A stretch of DNA of 64,000 nucleotides from an uncultured virus (IMG/VR IMGVR_UViG_3300021256_000093). Its lineage: Duplodnaviria > Heunggongvirae > Uroviricota > Caudoviricetes. The stretch lies in IMG/VR virus record IMGVR_UViG_3300021256_000093; one strand, written 5' to 3'. Both the position numbers and the translations under genes were made by a program. Below are positions 9,834 through 18,677 of the stretch, in pieces. The notes under the pieces are model-generated. The model ran no database searches. It was not told the DNA's origin and was given only the letters and a program-made list of their open reading frames with translations. Position 1 is the stretch's first letter. Every line of letters starts with the position of its first letter.

Positions 9834-10328
9834 ATGAAAACATTAAATAATTTTATTATAGAAAAATTTGAATTAAATAAGAATACAAAGAAAACAATAT
9901 CTTCAGATGTAAATATATTTTATTTTTTTGGAAAGGTTCAATTAAATCAATTTCTAGAATCAATATATTTGTTTAAAGCTGCTTACCATGTAGAAGATAT
10001 TATTTTTAGTTTAGATCAACAATTAACTGGAAATACTATTTTTTGTAGTATTACTGATATAGATAATAACATTTTAAAAGTTGAAAATAGTTATAATGAA
10101 ATAATTAATAAAGATGTATTTAATAAGTTTTTAAATAAATTAAATATGAAAGATACTAGTGACTTAGTATTTCAGAATATAGTAAATAAAGTATTTTTCA
10201 AGCCATATAAATGGTTATATATATGGTATAATAAAGATAAAAATGCTATACAATTACATGTATCTTGTATGGATATGGATAAAATTGAAAAATATAAAAG
10301 TAAAGATATATATTTTAGTACAAAATAA
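9834..10328 (+). CDS. hypothetical protein with capsid-targeting-like leader
   Basis: MKTLNNFIIEKFELNKNTK followed by an unrelated domain. Confidence 0.8.
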   Translation: MKTLNNFIIEKFELNKNTKKTISSDVNIFYFFGKVQLNQFLESIYLFKAAYHVEDIIFSLDQQLTGNTIFCSITDIDNNILKVENSYNEIINKDVFNKFLNKLNMKDTSDLVFQNIVNKVFFKPYKWLYIWYNKDKNAIQLHVSCMDMDKIEKYKSKDIYFSTK

Positions 10329-10822
10329 TGAAAACTATAACTAATATTATACAAGAGAAATTTGAATTAAATAAGAAAACATCCAAATATAGATATTTTC
10401 CTAATAAATTTGAGGATTTAGGAAATATTCTAGATGATAAAATAACTAAGTTTGGATATGGTACTGAAGATAAGCCATTTATTTTAAGTGATATTGATTT
10501 TTCAAAAGTAAATACATTATCAAATGCATTTGATTATATAGATTTTGAATATCTTGATATTTCTGGTTGTAATATTGAGCATATTACTAATTTTAGTGGG
10601 TGTTTTCAAGGTTGTAAGAAATTAAAAAAAGTTATAGGATTTGATACATGGAAATTTGATAAGAATGAATCATATGATTTATCATTTATGTTTTATAGAT
10701 GTACTAATTTATGTGATATAGAAGGATTATATAAATTTAAATATAATAGTGAGCATCATGATATTACAAATATGCTAGAAAGTTGTCCTAAATTAAAAAA
10801 GCCAAATTGGTATCTTAAATAA
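10328..10822 (+). CDS. divergent DUF285/BspA-like repeat protein with capsid-targeting-like leader
   Basis: MKTITNIIQEKFELNKK; LSFMFYRCTNL; PNWY; TAATG overlap. Confidence 0.8.
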   Translation: MKTITNIIQEKFELNKKTSKYRYFPNKFEDLGNILDDKITKFGYGTEDKPFILSDIDFSKVNTLSNAFDYIDFEYLDISGCNIEHITNFSGCFQGCKKLKKVIGFDTWKFDKNESYDLSFMFYRCTNLCDIEGLYKFKYNSEHHDITNMLESCPKLKKPNWYLK

Positions 10823-10836
10823 TTGATTTATAAAAT

Positions 10837-10869
10837 AAAAGCTCTATACTTAAGTATAGAGCTCTTTTT
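10837..10869. terminator. bidirectional intrinsic terminator
   Basis: AAAA-GCTCTATAC-TTAA-GTATAGAGC-TCTTTTT between convergent genes. Confidence 0.85.
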
Positions 10870-10887
10870 ATGTTATTATTTTTGTTA

Positions 10888-12816
10888 TTATTTTGTATTC
10901 ATTTTAAATAATGCTATTGGTAAGAATTTATTTTTATATCCTTCATGAATAAATCCTAATTTAGCTTTCATCTTAATAGTTAATGTTTCATTTTTAAATG
11001 ATGAATCACTACCAACTTTTAATACTAATCCTTTCGCATAAGTAGTATAGATATGATTACTTTCAAAATAATATAAATAATTACTTGAAGATGTATGGTC
11101 TCTAAATCCTACTTTTGCTTCTTCTTGTATACTTTCTGTAATATCTTCACCATTTGAATTTAGTATTTGTAAGTATGAAAATCTTAATACAGGTATATAG
11201 TTACCAAAATTTCTAGCATTAAGTACACCATTATTTAAATAGATATTATTTTCATCACTATTGTTTCCTTGGTAATATTTAACATTTAATATAATCATAT
11301 CATCTTCTTGTAATATTGATACATTTGGATTACCTTCATACCATGAAAACATGTCTTCTGTAATAGGTGTTAATAATTCATCTGGATATTCAACAATTTG
11401 GTCTGTACCTGTATCAAACATATCAGATTCTTCTTTCATGACAACGCCTTTAAGTACTACATAGTTATTATATATTTCTAATATTCCTGCTTCTGAATCT
11501 TTTGGAGCATTATGATAGCTTCTAATTTCAATAGGTAAAGGACGTGATAATGATGGTATATGAACATTATAAGAATCACCAGTTTTTGTTACATTAATAT
11601 TATGGTCATATTTTTCCCATAGCCATTTATAATGTGAATGTCCACAGAACCAGAAATTATTAGGATATTTTTTCATTAAGTTTTCAATAAATTCTCCTTG
11701 GTCACCACGTAAGACATCACTGTGATATCCATAATTTGCATAAGGATAATAACTGTCATTATTTGTCATGAGGTTATTCCAATTATGATAATTACCTGCT
11801 TTATCTGGTAACATTAGATGAGTAAAGATAAAGCAACGATGACCTTTGTTTTCTTCTAGAATATCTGCTAAGCATTGTAATGTTTTAGGATGATATAAAT
11901 GCAAGTCATTATATGTATCAACTTCTGCATGTACTAATAAATCTTCATCTGATAATAAATCTGCATCATGAGTATAATAATTATCAGGATTATTCCAACC
12001 ATATTCTACATTAAGGAATATAAATACATCATAGAAATTATCTGTTTTATTATTATAGTATTTCTTAAAGTAAAAACTAGTTCCTTTAGTATTTCCATCA
12101 GACTCACCTTTTCCATCGTAAGGTTCATTATCATCAAAATAATGTATATCATATTCATTATTCCTATCTATTGCAGATATAGAATTCCATAAGTCATGAG
12201 CGATATATTTAGGTTTAGTATCATGATTTCCTGAACATGTGAATATTGATGTTTCTGGAGCATACTTATCACAGCAATATTTATAGTTTGAAATATGAGC
12301 AGGATCATCTGTTGATATATCACCTGAGCAAGCAATGAAATCTACATTTTGACTTTTAAAATAATTTAAAGCATTGATTAAGTCTTCTGAATATTCTGCA
12401 CCATCATCACTACCTGTATCTGGGTCTTGATCACTAGTATCATAGTCATTATAATGAACATCACTCATTAATCCGATTCTATATATTGGTTCTTGCTCTA
12501 TTTTATTTTTGATTTCTTTACTTCTAATCAAGTTATTAGTACCAGTATTAAAATAGTCTAAATAAACTGCTTCTTTAGGAAATACAAAGAATTCTGGATG
12601 TTCATAGTTATGGTCAAGTGGAAGATATTCTGATAATGCATTATGGTCTTTATCAGCATAGTATACTTTCATATTATCAGTTACACAATCTTCACTAGTT
12701 TTAATTTCCTTATTTTGTTTATTTGATGATAAATAAAGACTATAGTTATCTTCACCATAATTATATATTTTGAGCATATCTAATTGCTCTTTATACGTAT
12801 CAAATAATTCTATCAT
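10888..12816 (-). CDS. calcineurin-like metallophosphoesterase with extra domains
   Basis: SDVH, SGDI, GNHD, FTH and GHSH motifs. Confidence 0.88.
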   Translation of the reverse strand: MIELFDTYKEQLDMLKIYNYGEDNYSLYLSSNKQNKEIKTSEDCVTDNMKVYYADKDHNALSEYLPLDHNYEHPEFFVFPKEAVYLDYFNTGTNNLIRSKEIKNKIEQEPIYRIGLMSDVHYNDYDTSDQDPDTGSDDGAEYSEDLINALNYFKSQNVDFIACSGDISTDDPAHISNYKYCCDKYAPETSIFTCSGNHDTKPKYIAHDLWNSISAIDRNNEYDIHYFDDNEPYDGKGESDGNTKGTSFYFKKYYNNKTDNFYDVFIFLNVEYGWNNPDNYYTHDADLLSDEDLLVHAEVDTYNDLHLYHPKTLQCLADILEENKGHRCFIFTHLMLPDKAGNYHNWNNLMTNNDSYYPYANYGYHSDVLRGDQGEFIENLMKKYPNNFWFCGHSHYKWLWEKYDHNINVTKTGDSYNVHIPSLSRPLPIEIRSYHNAPKDSEAGILEIYNNYVVLKGVVMKEESDMFDTGTDQIVEYPDELLTPITEDMFSWYEGNPNVSILQEDDMIILNVKYYQGNNSDENNIYLNNGVLNARNFGNYIPVLRFSYLQILNSNGEDITESIQEEAKVGFRDHTSSSNYLYYFESNHIYTTYAKGLVLKVGSDSSFKNETLTIKMKAKLGFIHEGYKNKFLPIALFKMNTK

Positions 12817-12830
12817 TGTAAAATAAAAAT

Positions 12831-13919
12831 TTATAATATTTTTGTAAATAATACTTCTATATATTTTTTACTATTATATAATTGGTTTATTAATTTATTA
12901 GTTTTTTGACACAATGATAAATATGAATTCTTACTTTTTATATATTTATTGAATCCTAAAATAGTATTATAGAAATCATCCGTATTTACATATATTGCAC
13001 ATCGTAAGTCATATAATGTTTGCTTAGAATTGATTTTAATATTTTTAGCAATATTTTCTGGTAAAACCAAAACAGTATTATTAGAAAACATATCTAATAA
13101 TGTATAATTAAATTCAGTTATATTATCAAAATCTACTATAAATTCTGAGTCATTAATAACTTTATTATATTCTTCAAAAGATATAGATGGATATATATTT
13201 ATTTTAGTTGTATCTATAATAGAAGTATCTATATTAGTATATGGAGATGGTTTTCCATATTTATCATTGAATAAGTTCTCAATACCTAATGTTTGAATTG
13301 ACTTATTTATACCATATATCTTATATATTAAATCTGATGAAGGATTGTTTTTCTGTAATATATTGAACATACTTAAGTATAACGTAAAATCCATTTTTAA
13401 ATTATTACTAGATATCATAGATATTTGATGGATTTTATGCGTGATACTATTATTAGGAATATTATATACTAATCCAATTTGTATTAATTTATTAGTATCA
13501 TTTATAATATTTTGAATTTCATTATATATTTTATCCTGAGATTCATATATACAAATTTTATGACAAGAATTAAACAATGTATTTATATAACTACTACTAA
13601 AATTATTATACATTTCTTTAACTGAATAATAATGGCAAAATAAAATTTTCTTTATTTTTATGTTTTTTATTAATACATTGTATATATTAATATTAGACTT
13701 AGGTAATGAATGAATAAATATATAGTCAAAATTATCATTGATATTATTTATAAATTCATCTGATGTATTAAATTTCAAATACTGTTCATTATCTTCTGAT
13801 ATTATATATGTTTGTAGAGTAATTTCTGGAAAATATAAGTTTATTCCTGTTTCAAATTCTTTAATATATCGAAGTATGTGCTTGTTTTTTGTATCGTTAA
13901 AAATCTGTAAAATCTTCAT
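12831..13919 (-). CDS. T4 alpha-glucosyltransferase-like GT-B protein, catalytic motifs apparently degenerate
   Basis: colinear resemblance to T4 AGT from memory: DYIFIHSLP~DILIINSVP, FCHYYSV~YQHDHSV, YGINKS~EGLERS, FNYTLLD..NNTVLVL~LEYTHLE..CGTIPVF. Confidence 0.6.
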   Translation of the reverse strand: MKILQIFNDTKNKHILRYIKEFETGINLYFPEITLQTYIISEDNEQYLKFNTSDEFINNINDNFDYIFIHSLPKSNINIYNVLIKNIKIKKILFCHYYSVKEMYNNFSSSYINTLFNSCHKICIYESQDKIYNEIQNIINDTNKLIQIGLVYNIPNNSITHKIHQISMISSNNLKMDFTLYLSMFNILQKNNPSSDLIYKIYGINKSIQTLGIENLFNDKYGKPSPYTNIDTSIIDTTKINIYPSISFEEYNKVINDSEFIVDFDNITEFNYTLLDMFSNNTVLVLPENIAKNIKINSKQTLYDLRCAIYVNTDDFYNTILGFNKYIKSKNSYLSLCQKTNKLINQLYNSKKYIEVLFTKIL

Positions 13920-14030
13920 AAAATAATTAAGTACAAATACCTTTATTTAAAAATAATATTAATATATTACTTAAATTTAATCAGCAAATATTCCTATCTT
14001 ATCATATAAATATATTTCAATATAAATAGT

Positions 14031-14501
14031 ATGAAATGGTTAAATAGTGTAAAGCCAGTAACAGCATATTTGGCTAGTGGGTGGTTTAATCCACCACAAG
14101 AAAGTGCAAGACAAGATATTTTGAAAGTCTTGAATGATAATGAAATATCATATTTTAGTCCTAAAGATGAAGTAGAAGTAAAATCAGATGCAAGCAAAGA
14201 AGATAGAAAGGCTGCATTTGATGCTGATACTCAAATTATCAAGCATTGTGATTTTGTAATTGCAAGTACAGTAGGCAAGGATATGGGTACTCTTATGGAA
14301 ATGGGTATGGCATATGCTTGGGAAACTCCATTTATTGTTTATTTTCCTAATCCTGATAATTTACCAGTTAATCTTATGATTGCAGAATCAGCTTATGCTG
14401 TAGCAGGTAGTGTAGAGGAATTAGATAATATTGTAAAGACATTAAAGAAAAATAGTTTTGATTTTTCTAAGAGACTTGAATATAATGGTAATATTGAATA
14501 A
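14031..14501 (+). CDS. nucleoside 2-deoxyribosyltransferase / nucleotide N-hydrolase family
   Basis: YLASGWFN, DxxxIxxCDFVIA, DMGTLMEMGMAYA (catalytic Glu). Confidence 0.88.
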   Translation: MKWLNSVKPVTAYLASGWFNPPQESARQDILKVLNDNEISYFSPKDEVEVKSDASKEDRKAAFDADTQIIKHCDFVIASTVGKDMGTLMEMGMAYAWETPFIVYFPNPDNLPVNLMIAESAYAVAGSVEELDNIVKTLKKNSFDFSKRLEYNGNIE

Positions 14502-14504
14502 AAA

Positions 14505-15074
14505 ATGATTAATAGTAATTTAACAGAATTTTTATATAATATTGATAATTTACGAAATTTAGTTCGTTATCAAACTGCTCCAAGAGTTTCTTCTGAAACT
14601 GTTGCTGAGCATTCATATTTTGTATCAGTATATGTATTAAAACTTCATGATTATTATAATTTTGATTTAGCAAAAACATTAGAAATGTCATTATTACATG
14701 ATTTTAGCGAAGTATTTATTTCTGATGTTCCTCATCCTATTAAGTCAAAGTATACTAAGATTAATGAGGAATTGACTAAAGCCGAGCATGAAGTAAATAA
14801 GACATATATATCTGAGGAATTTTCAAATAATCTTGAAGAGTTTAATAATCTATCATCCCCTGAAGGTATTATGGTAGCATTAGCTGATATTTTATCAGTA
14901 GTTACTTATTCTAAATATGAGATTAATTTAGGTAACTCAAAATATATGAAAGATGTTTATAATAATGCTGAACGTAGATATAGAGAAGTTATTAAATTAG
15001 CTGAACCTTATCTTAAAGAAAGTTACACATCTACACAAATTTTAGCTTATATTAATGAATTTTATAACTTATAA
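14505..15074 (+). CDS. HD-domain 5'-deoxynucleotidase (YfbR/DatZ-like)
   Basis: RY...ETVAEHSY...LLHDFSEVFISDVPHPIK...LAD. Confidence 0.9.
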   Translation: MINSNLTEFLYNIDNLRNLVRYQTAPRVSSETVAEHSYFVSVYVLKLHDYYNFDLAKTLEMSLLHDFSEVFISDVPHPIKSKYTKINEELTKAEHEVNKTYISEEFSNNLEEFNNLSSPEGIMVALADILSVVTYSKYEINLGNSKYMKDVYNNAERRYREVIKLAEPYLKESYTSTQILAYINEFYNL

Positions 15075-15079
15075 TAATT

Positions 15080-16060
15080 ATGCCAAAAAATAATAATTTA
15101 CAGCCAGCAACTTTGCCAATGCCATTGCGTTTTGGCGAAAAACCAACAACTGAGTTTGTCAATAATCTAGATTCAATTAAAGTAACTTTATTGAATTATC
15201 CTACTATTGAACAATTGATATCTGCTATTATTCCATTTACTAATGCAACATGGAATGATGATCCTATCAAAGTAAGAGATAATATGACTATGAAAGAAAA
15301 GATTCAAAATGTATATGATGCATTTCATTTTAAGTATCTTCCACAGTCATTGGAAACAGTTAATCTTACTTTCTTAATTCAAGGTATTGATTTGCAAACT
15401 GTAACTCATATTCTTCGTAATCGTGTTGGATTTACATTTTCTGCAGAATGTAGTGGAGATAAATGGTGGACACATAAGAGAAGTCTTGTTCCAGCAAGTA
15501 TTGAAAATAGTGATGAGTTTTATGAGAGATATAAGAAATTAACTGAAGAATGTAAGCAATTGTATTGTGATATGATTGACTCTAAAAAGATTTCAATTAT
15601 GGATGCTCGTCATATTCTTAATCGTAATCTTGAAACATATTATCTTGTAAATGTTAATTTCTTGAGTCTATTGAATTTCTTTAGACAACGTATTGATAAA
15701 CAAATTCAACCAGAAGAAGATAATGTATTAGCATATAGGCTATTATTGGAAACTATTAAGAAAGTACCATTTGCAATTAATTGTATTAATATTCATTCAC
15801 CTGCTATGCATTATATTAAGATGGCACGTACAGGTAAAGCAACTAATCTTTATTTCCCTGATAAAGATTCAGATACATTTGAATGGAATGAAAACGATTT
15901 TATTTACCAATGTACTCGAGATGAAATGAATGGTACTAATGAGAATGCAACTAATCATTTTAATGAAGTATTAGCTGAATTTGAAAAGGAATTAAATGAA
16001 GCAGTTTCTCAGGCAAAAGCAAAACTTAATGAATTAGCACAAGGTGAAATCCTATATTAA
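15080..16060 (+). CDS. divergent ThyX/Thy1-like flavin-dependent enzyme
   Basis: LETVNLTFxIxGI, THILRNR (for RHR), DARHIL, NFLSLLNFFRQR; the canonical SQR is replaced by SGD. Confidence 0.7.
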   Translation: MPKNNNLQPATLPMPLRFGEKPTTEFVNNLDSIKVTLLNYPTIEQLISAIIPFTNATWNDDPIKVRDNMTMKEKIQNVYDAFHFKYLPQSLETVNLTFLIQGIDLQTVTHILRNRVGFTFSAECSGDKWWTHKRSLVPASIENSDEFYERYKKLTEECKQLYCDMIDSKKISIMDARHILNRNLETYYLVNVNFLSLLNFFRQRIDKQIQPEEDNVLAYRLLLETIKKVPFAINCINIHSPAMHYIKMARTGKATNLYFPDKDSDTFEWNENDFIYQCTRDEMNGTNENATNHFNEVLAEFEKELNEAVSQAKAKLNELAQGEILY

Positions 16061-16086
16061 TATTATAAATAAATAATTGTAATATT

Positions 16087-16971
16087 ATGTTCATAAGTAT
16101 TGAAGGCGTTGATAGAACAGGAAAAGATACAATTTTGTCAGCTTTAGATAAAAAAACATGCTGGCAAAATTGTAATATGATGAGAGGACCTGCTGGTTGT
16201 CTTACATATGATAAAATATATAATAGAGAAACAAAGCAAAGATATGATGAAGCATTATCTGTAGCTAATACTATTAAATCAACTACTCATTTAATAGTTT
16301 ATCTTTATGCAGATATACAAACTATTACAAAGAGATTAAATGATGAAATAGAAGAAGGTGGTTCAGGATATTTTGCACCAGAACCATGGAGTATTAAAGA
16401 TGTATTAGAATTATATGAAAAGAATATTGATTTCTTATATACCCCTGAAGAAGTTATTAAAATAAATACAGGTAAATATAATGTTGATGATTGTGTATCT
16501 ATGATTATTTCTAAAATGGAAGAGATTAGAGAAAAAGATATGCAATTATTAATAGATACTAATTCAATCCATATTAAATCTCCAAATAAAGGTGATTTTA
16601 ATTATGTACAATATTTACCATTTTCACGAGTATATACTAAATCGGAGTTATTGAATAAGTGTTTTGATATTACTGTTGATAGACCATACTATGAAATGCT
16701 TGAAAAATCATTAGAACATTTATTATATGAAAGAGAATTAGGATGGATTAATGATAGACAATTAGTATTAACATCTAATGATTGTATTCCATATATTCAA
16801 TTAAAGATAACAAATGAATGTATAGAATGGTTTATTAGTCAAAGAAGTTGTGATATTAAAAAACATAAATTAAATGATATATTATTTTTCAAGTATTTTA
16901 CATATAAGAAATTTGTAGATAAAAACTTTAAAATTCATTATTCATGTTCATTTCCTCATGAATATATTTAA
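16087..16971 (+). CDS. dNMP (thymidylate-type) kinase fused to a minimal thymidylate-synthase/dCMP-hydroxymethylase-fold domain
   Basis: N-terminal IEGVDRTGKDT P-loop; C-terminal C-x19-R spacing, QRSCD-x6-ND, PHEY. Confidence 0.72.
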   Translation: MFISIEGVDRTGKDTILSALDKKTCWQNCNMMRGPAGCLTYDKIYNRETKQRYDEALSVANTIKSTTHLIVYLYADIQTITKRLNDEIEEGGSGYFAPEPWSIKDVLELYEKNIDFLYTPEEVIKINTGKYNVDDCVSMIISKMEEIREKDMQLLIDTNSIHIKSPNKGDFNYVQYLPFSRVYTKSELLNKCFDITVDRPYYEMLEKSLEHLLYERELGWINDRQLVLTSNDCIPYIQLKITNECIEWFISQRSCDIKKHKLNDILFFKYFTYKKFVDKNFKIHYSCSFPHEYI

Positions 16972-16982
16972 AATTTGATTAT

Positions 16983-17013
16983 AATGAGATGACTTAAATC
17001 ATCTCATTTTTTT
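16983..17013 (+). terminator. intrinsic terminator
   Basis: AATGAGATGA-CTTAAA-TCATCTCATT followed by a T-run. Confidence 0.8.
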
Positions 17014-17026
17014 ATTTTTATATATA
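17013..17026 (+). promoter_or_regulatory. putative class II (late-type) promoter TATTTTTATATATA
   Basis: exact 14-mer repeated upstream of structural and leader-tagged operons. Confidence 0.55.
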
Positions 17027-17047
17027 TAATATAATTAAAATATATAT

Positions 17048-18652
17048 ATGAAGAAATTTATTGATTATAGAGATCCTGAAATTGTTTCTGAGGTATTTAA
17101 AACAGTAAATGAAAAACTTAAAAAAGAATTAAATAATCAACAGCAAATTAATGAAGTAGTTGATGATGATGACGAAAAGGATTTCTTTTTTAAGAATATA
17201 ATTGTTTTTACAAATGATAGAGATTCTAAGTCAAATAAGACTCTTAAAAATCTTGAAGAAGCAATTAAAGGTAAAGGTGTAAAATTATATCCATTTGTTG
17301 CAGAAGAAATTGATTATAAAGCAACAGATACAAAAATTAAGTTCAATGATAATGTAAATAAGTATACTATTGATGAACAATCTAATGTTGATACAATTGT
17401 TATTACTCGTTTAGGTGCACAAGATTCTGATGAATGTATTGAATTAATTAAAGAACTTCAAGATTGGGGTTTTTTCGTTCTTAATCCTATACAAGCTGCG
17501 CAAAAAGCATCTAATAAGTATACATCTGCAGTATTAATGGAACGTTATAATATTCCTCAACCTAAATTTACATTATTATCTAAAAATGATATTGATAAAG
17601 GCGAAGAATCATTACAAAAGAAACTTAAGTTAATATATAAAGATATTGGTGAAGACGAAGATGCAGATAAGAAAAAAGAATATGTAGTTAAGATTCTTGA
17701 TGGTCATGGTGGTACTGGTGTATTTATGGTTACAGGAAAAACTATATTAAGTATTCTTCAAGCCATATTTGCAATTGACCCTGAAAGAGAACTATTATTA
17801 CAAAAGAAAGAAGAAGCAGATGGCGGTGATATTCGTGTACATGTTCTTACAATGCGTACTGAACAAAAGATTCTCGCATCTATGAAACGTGTTAAGATAT
17901 CTGGCGATTTCCGTTCTAATGTATCTTTAGGCGCTACTGCTGAACCTGTAACATTAACTCCAGAGCAAGAAGAAATTGCATTGAATGTTGCAAAGATTTC
18001 TGGAATGCCATGGTGTGCAGTAGATATTATGCCACTTAAAGCTGGTTCTAATCCAGAGATTGGCGATAATGTAGTGCTTGAATATAATGCTTCTCCAGGT
18101 ACTGATGGTATTTCTGAAGTCATTGGTGAAAACTTTATGGGAATTTTATTAAAAGAAATTAATGATATTAACCAATTAGTATTAACACCAAAATCTATTG
18201 GTTATATTGAAAATGTTCATTTTACATTATCTGATGAATCTGAAACTGAAGTAGAATTTGAAGCTAAATTAGATACAGGTAATGGAGCTAAAGCATCAAC
18301 TATAGGATGCGAAAAAGTTGAACAAAAAGGACATAAGGTTATTGCAACTATTGATGGACAAAAATATACATTTAAATTAGAAGGACAATCAAATGCTATT
18401 GTTGGACAAGTTACTGAAGACCGTCCTACAGTATTAATACCATGTATTCGTATTGGTTCTCGTAAATTATTAAATGTAGAGTTTGCATTAGTTGATAATC
18501 GTAATAAAAAACAAAAAGTTCTTATTAATAGAGATGTTATGAGTAAGATGGGATATTTGATTAATCCTGCTAAAAAACATATCTTAGATGATGATTTATT
18601 ATATGAATTCAATCAAAGGGCTTTAGAAAAAATTAGAAAAAATAAAGAATAA
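17048..18652 (+). CDS. RimK-like ATP-grasp ligase fused to a retropepsin-like protease domain
   Basis: NKY, VVKILDGHGGTGV, DIRV, DFRSNVSLG, AVDI, LEYNASPG; C-terminal AKLDTGNG and VLINR. Confidence 0.88.
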   Translation: MKKFIDYRDPEIVSEVFKTVNEKLKKELNNQQQINEVVDDDDEKDFFFKNIIVFTNDRDSKSNKTLKNLEEAIKGKGVKLYPFVAEEIDYKATDTKIKFNDNVNKYTIDEQSNVDTIVITRLGAQDSDECIELIKELQDWGFFVLNPIQAAQKASNKYTSAVLMERYNIPQPKFTLLSKNDIDKGEESLQKKLKLIYKDIGEDEDADKKKEYVVKILDGHGGTGVFMVTGKTILSILQAIFAIDPERELLLQKKEEADGGDIRVHVLTMRTEQKILASMKRVKISGDFRSNVSLGATAEPVTLTPEQEEIALNVAKISGMPWCAVDIMPLKAGSNPEIGDNVVLEYNASPGTDGISEVIGENFMGILLKEINDINQLVLTPKSIGYIENVHFTLSDESETEVEFEAKLDTGNGAKASTIGCEKVEQKGHKVIATIDGQKYTFKLEGQSNAIVGQVTEDRPTVLIPCIRIGSRKLLNVEFALVDNRNKKQKVLINRDVMSKMGYLINPAKKHILDDDLLYEFNQRALEKIRKNKE

Positions 18653-18677
18653 TATAAATAAAATTAATTAATTTTAT

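Noticed and set aside
14505..15074. The HD protein as DatZ, indicating a 2-aminoadenine (Z) genome
   Set aside because: There is no PurZ in the window, the neighbours point to pyrimidine chemistry, and YfbR and DatZ cannot be told apart by eye.
17758..18612. Antisense or alternative-frame ORFs (also 455, 1824, 2122, 4646, 19451, 32742, 37398, 43295, 44996, 48556, 48600, 53314, 55587, 60640, 60648)
   Set aside because: They overlap better-supported genes and have no recognisable motifs. 44996 is the antisense of PspC, and 60640/60648 are antisense to a small membrane gene.
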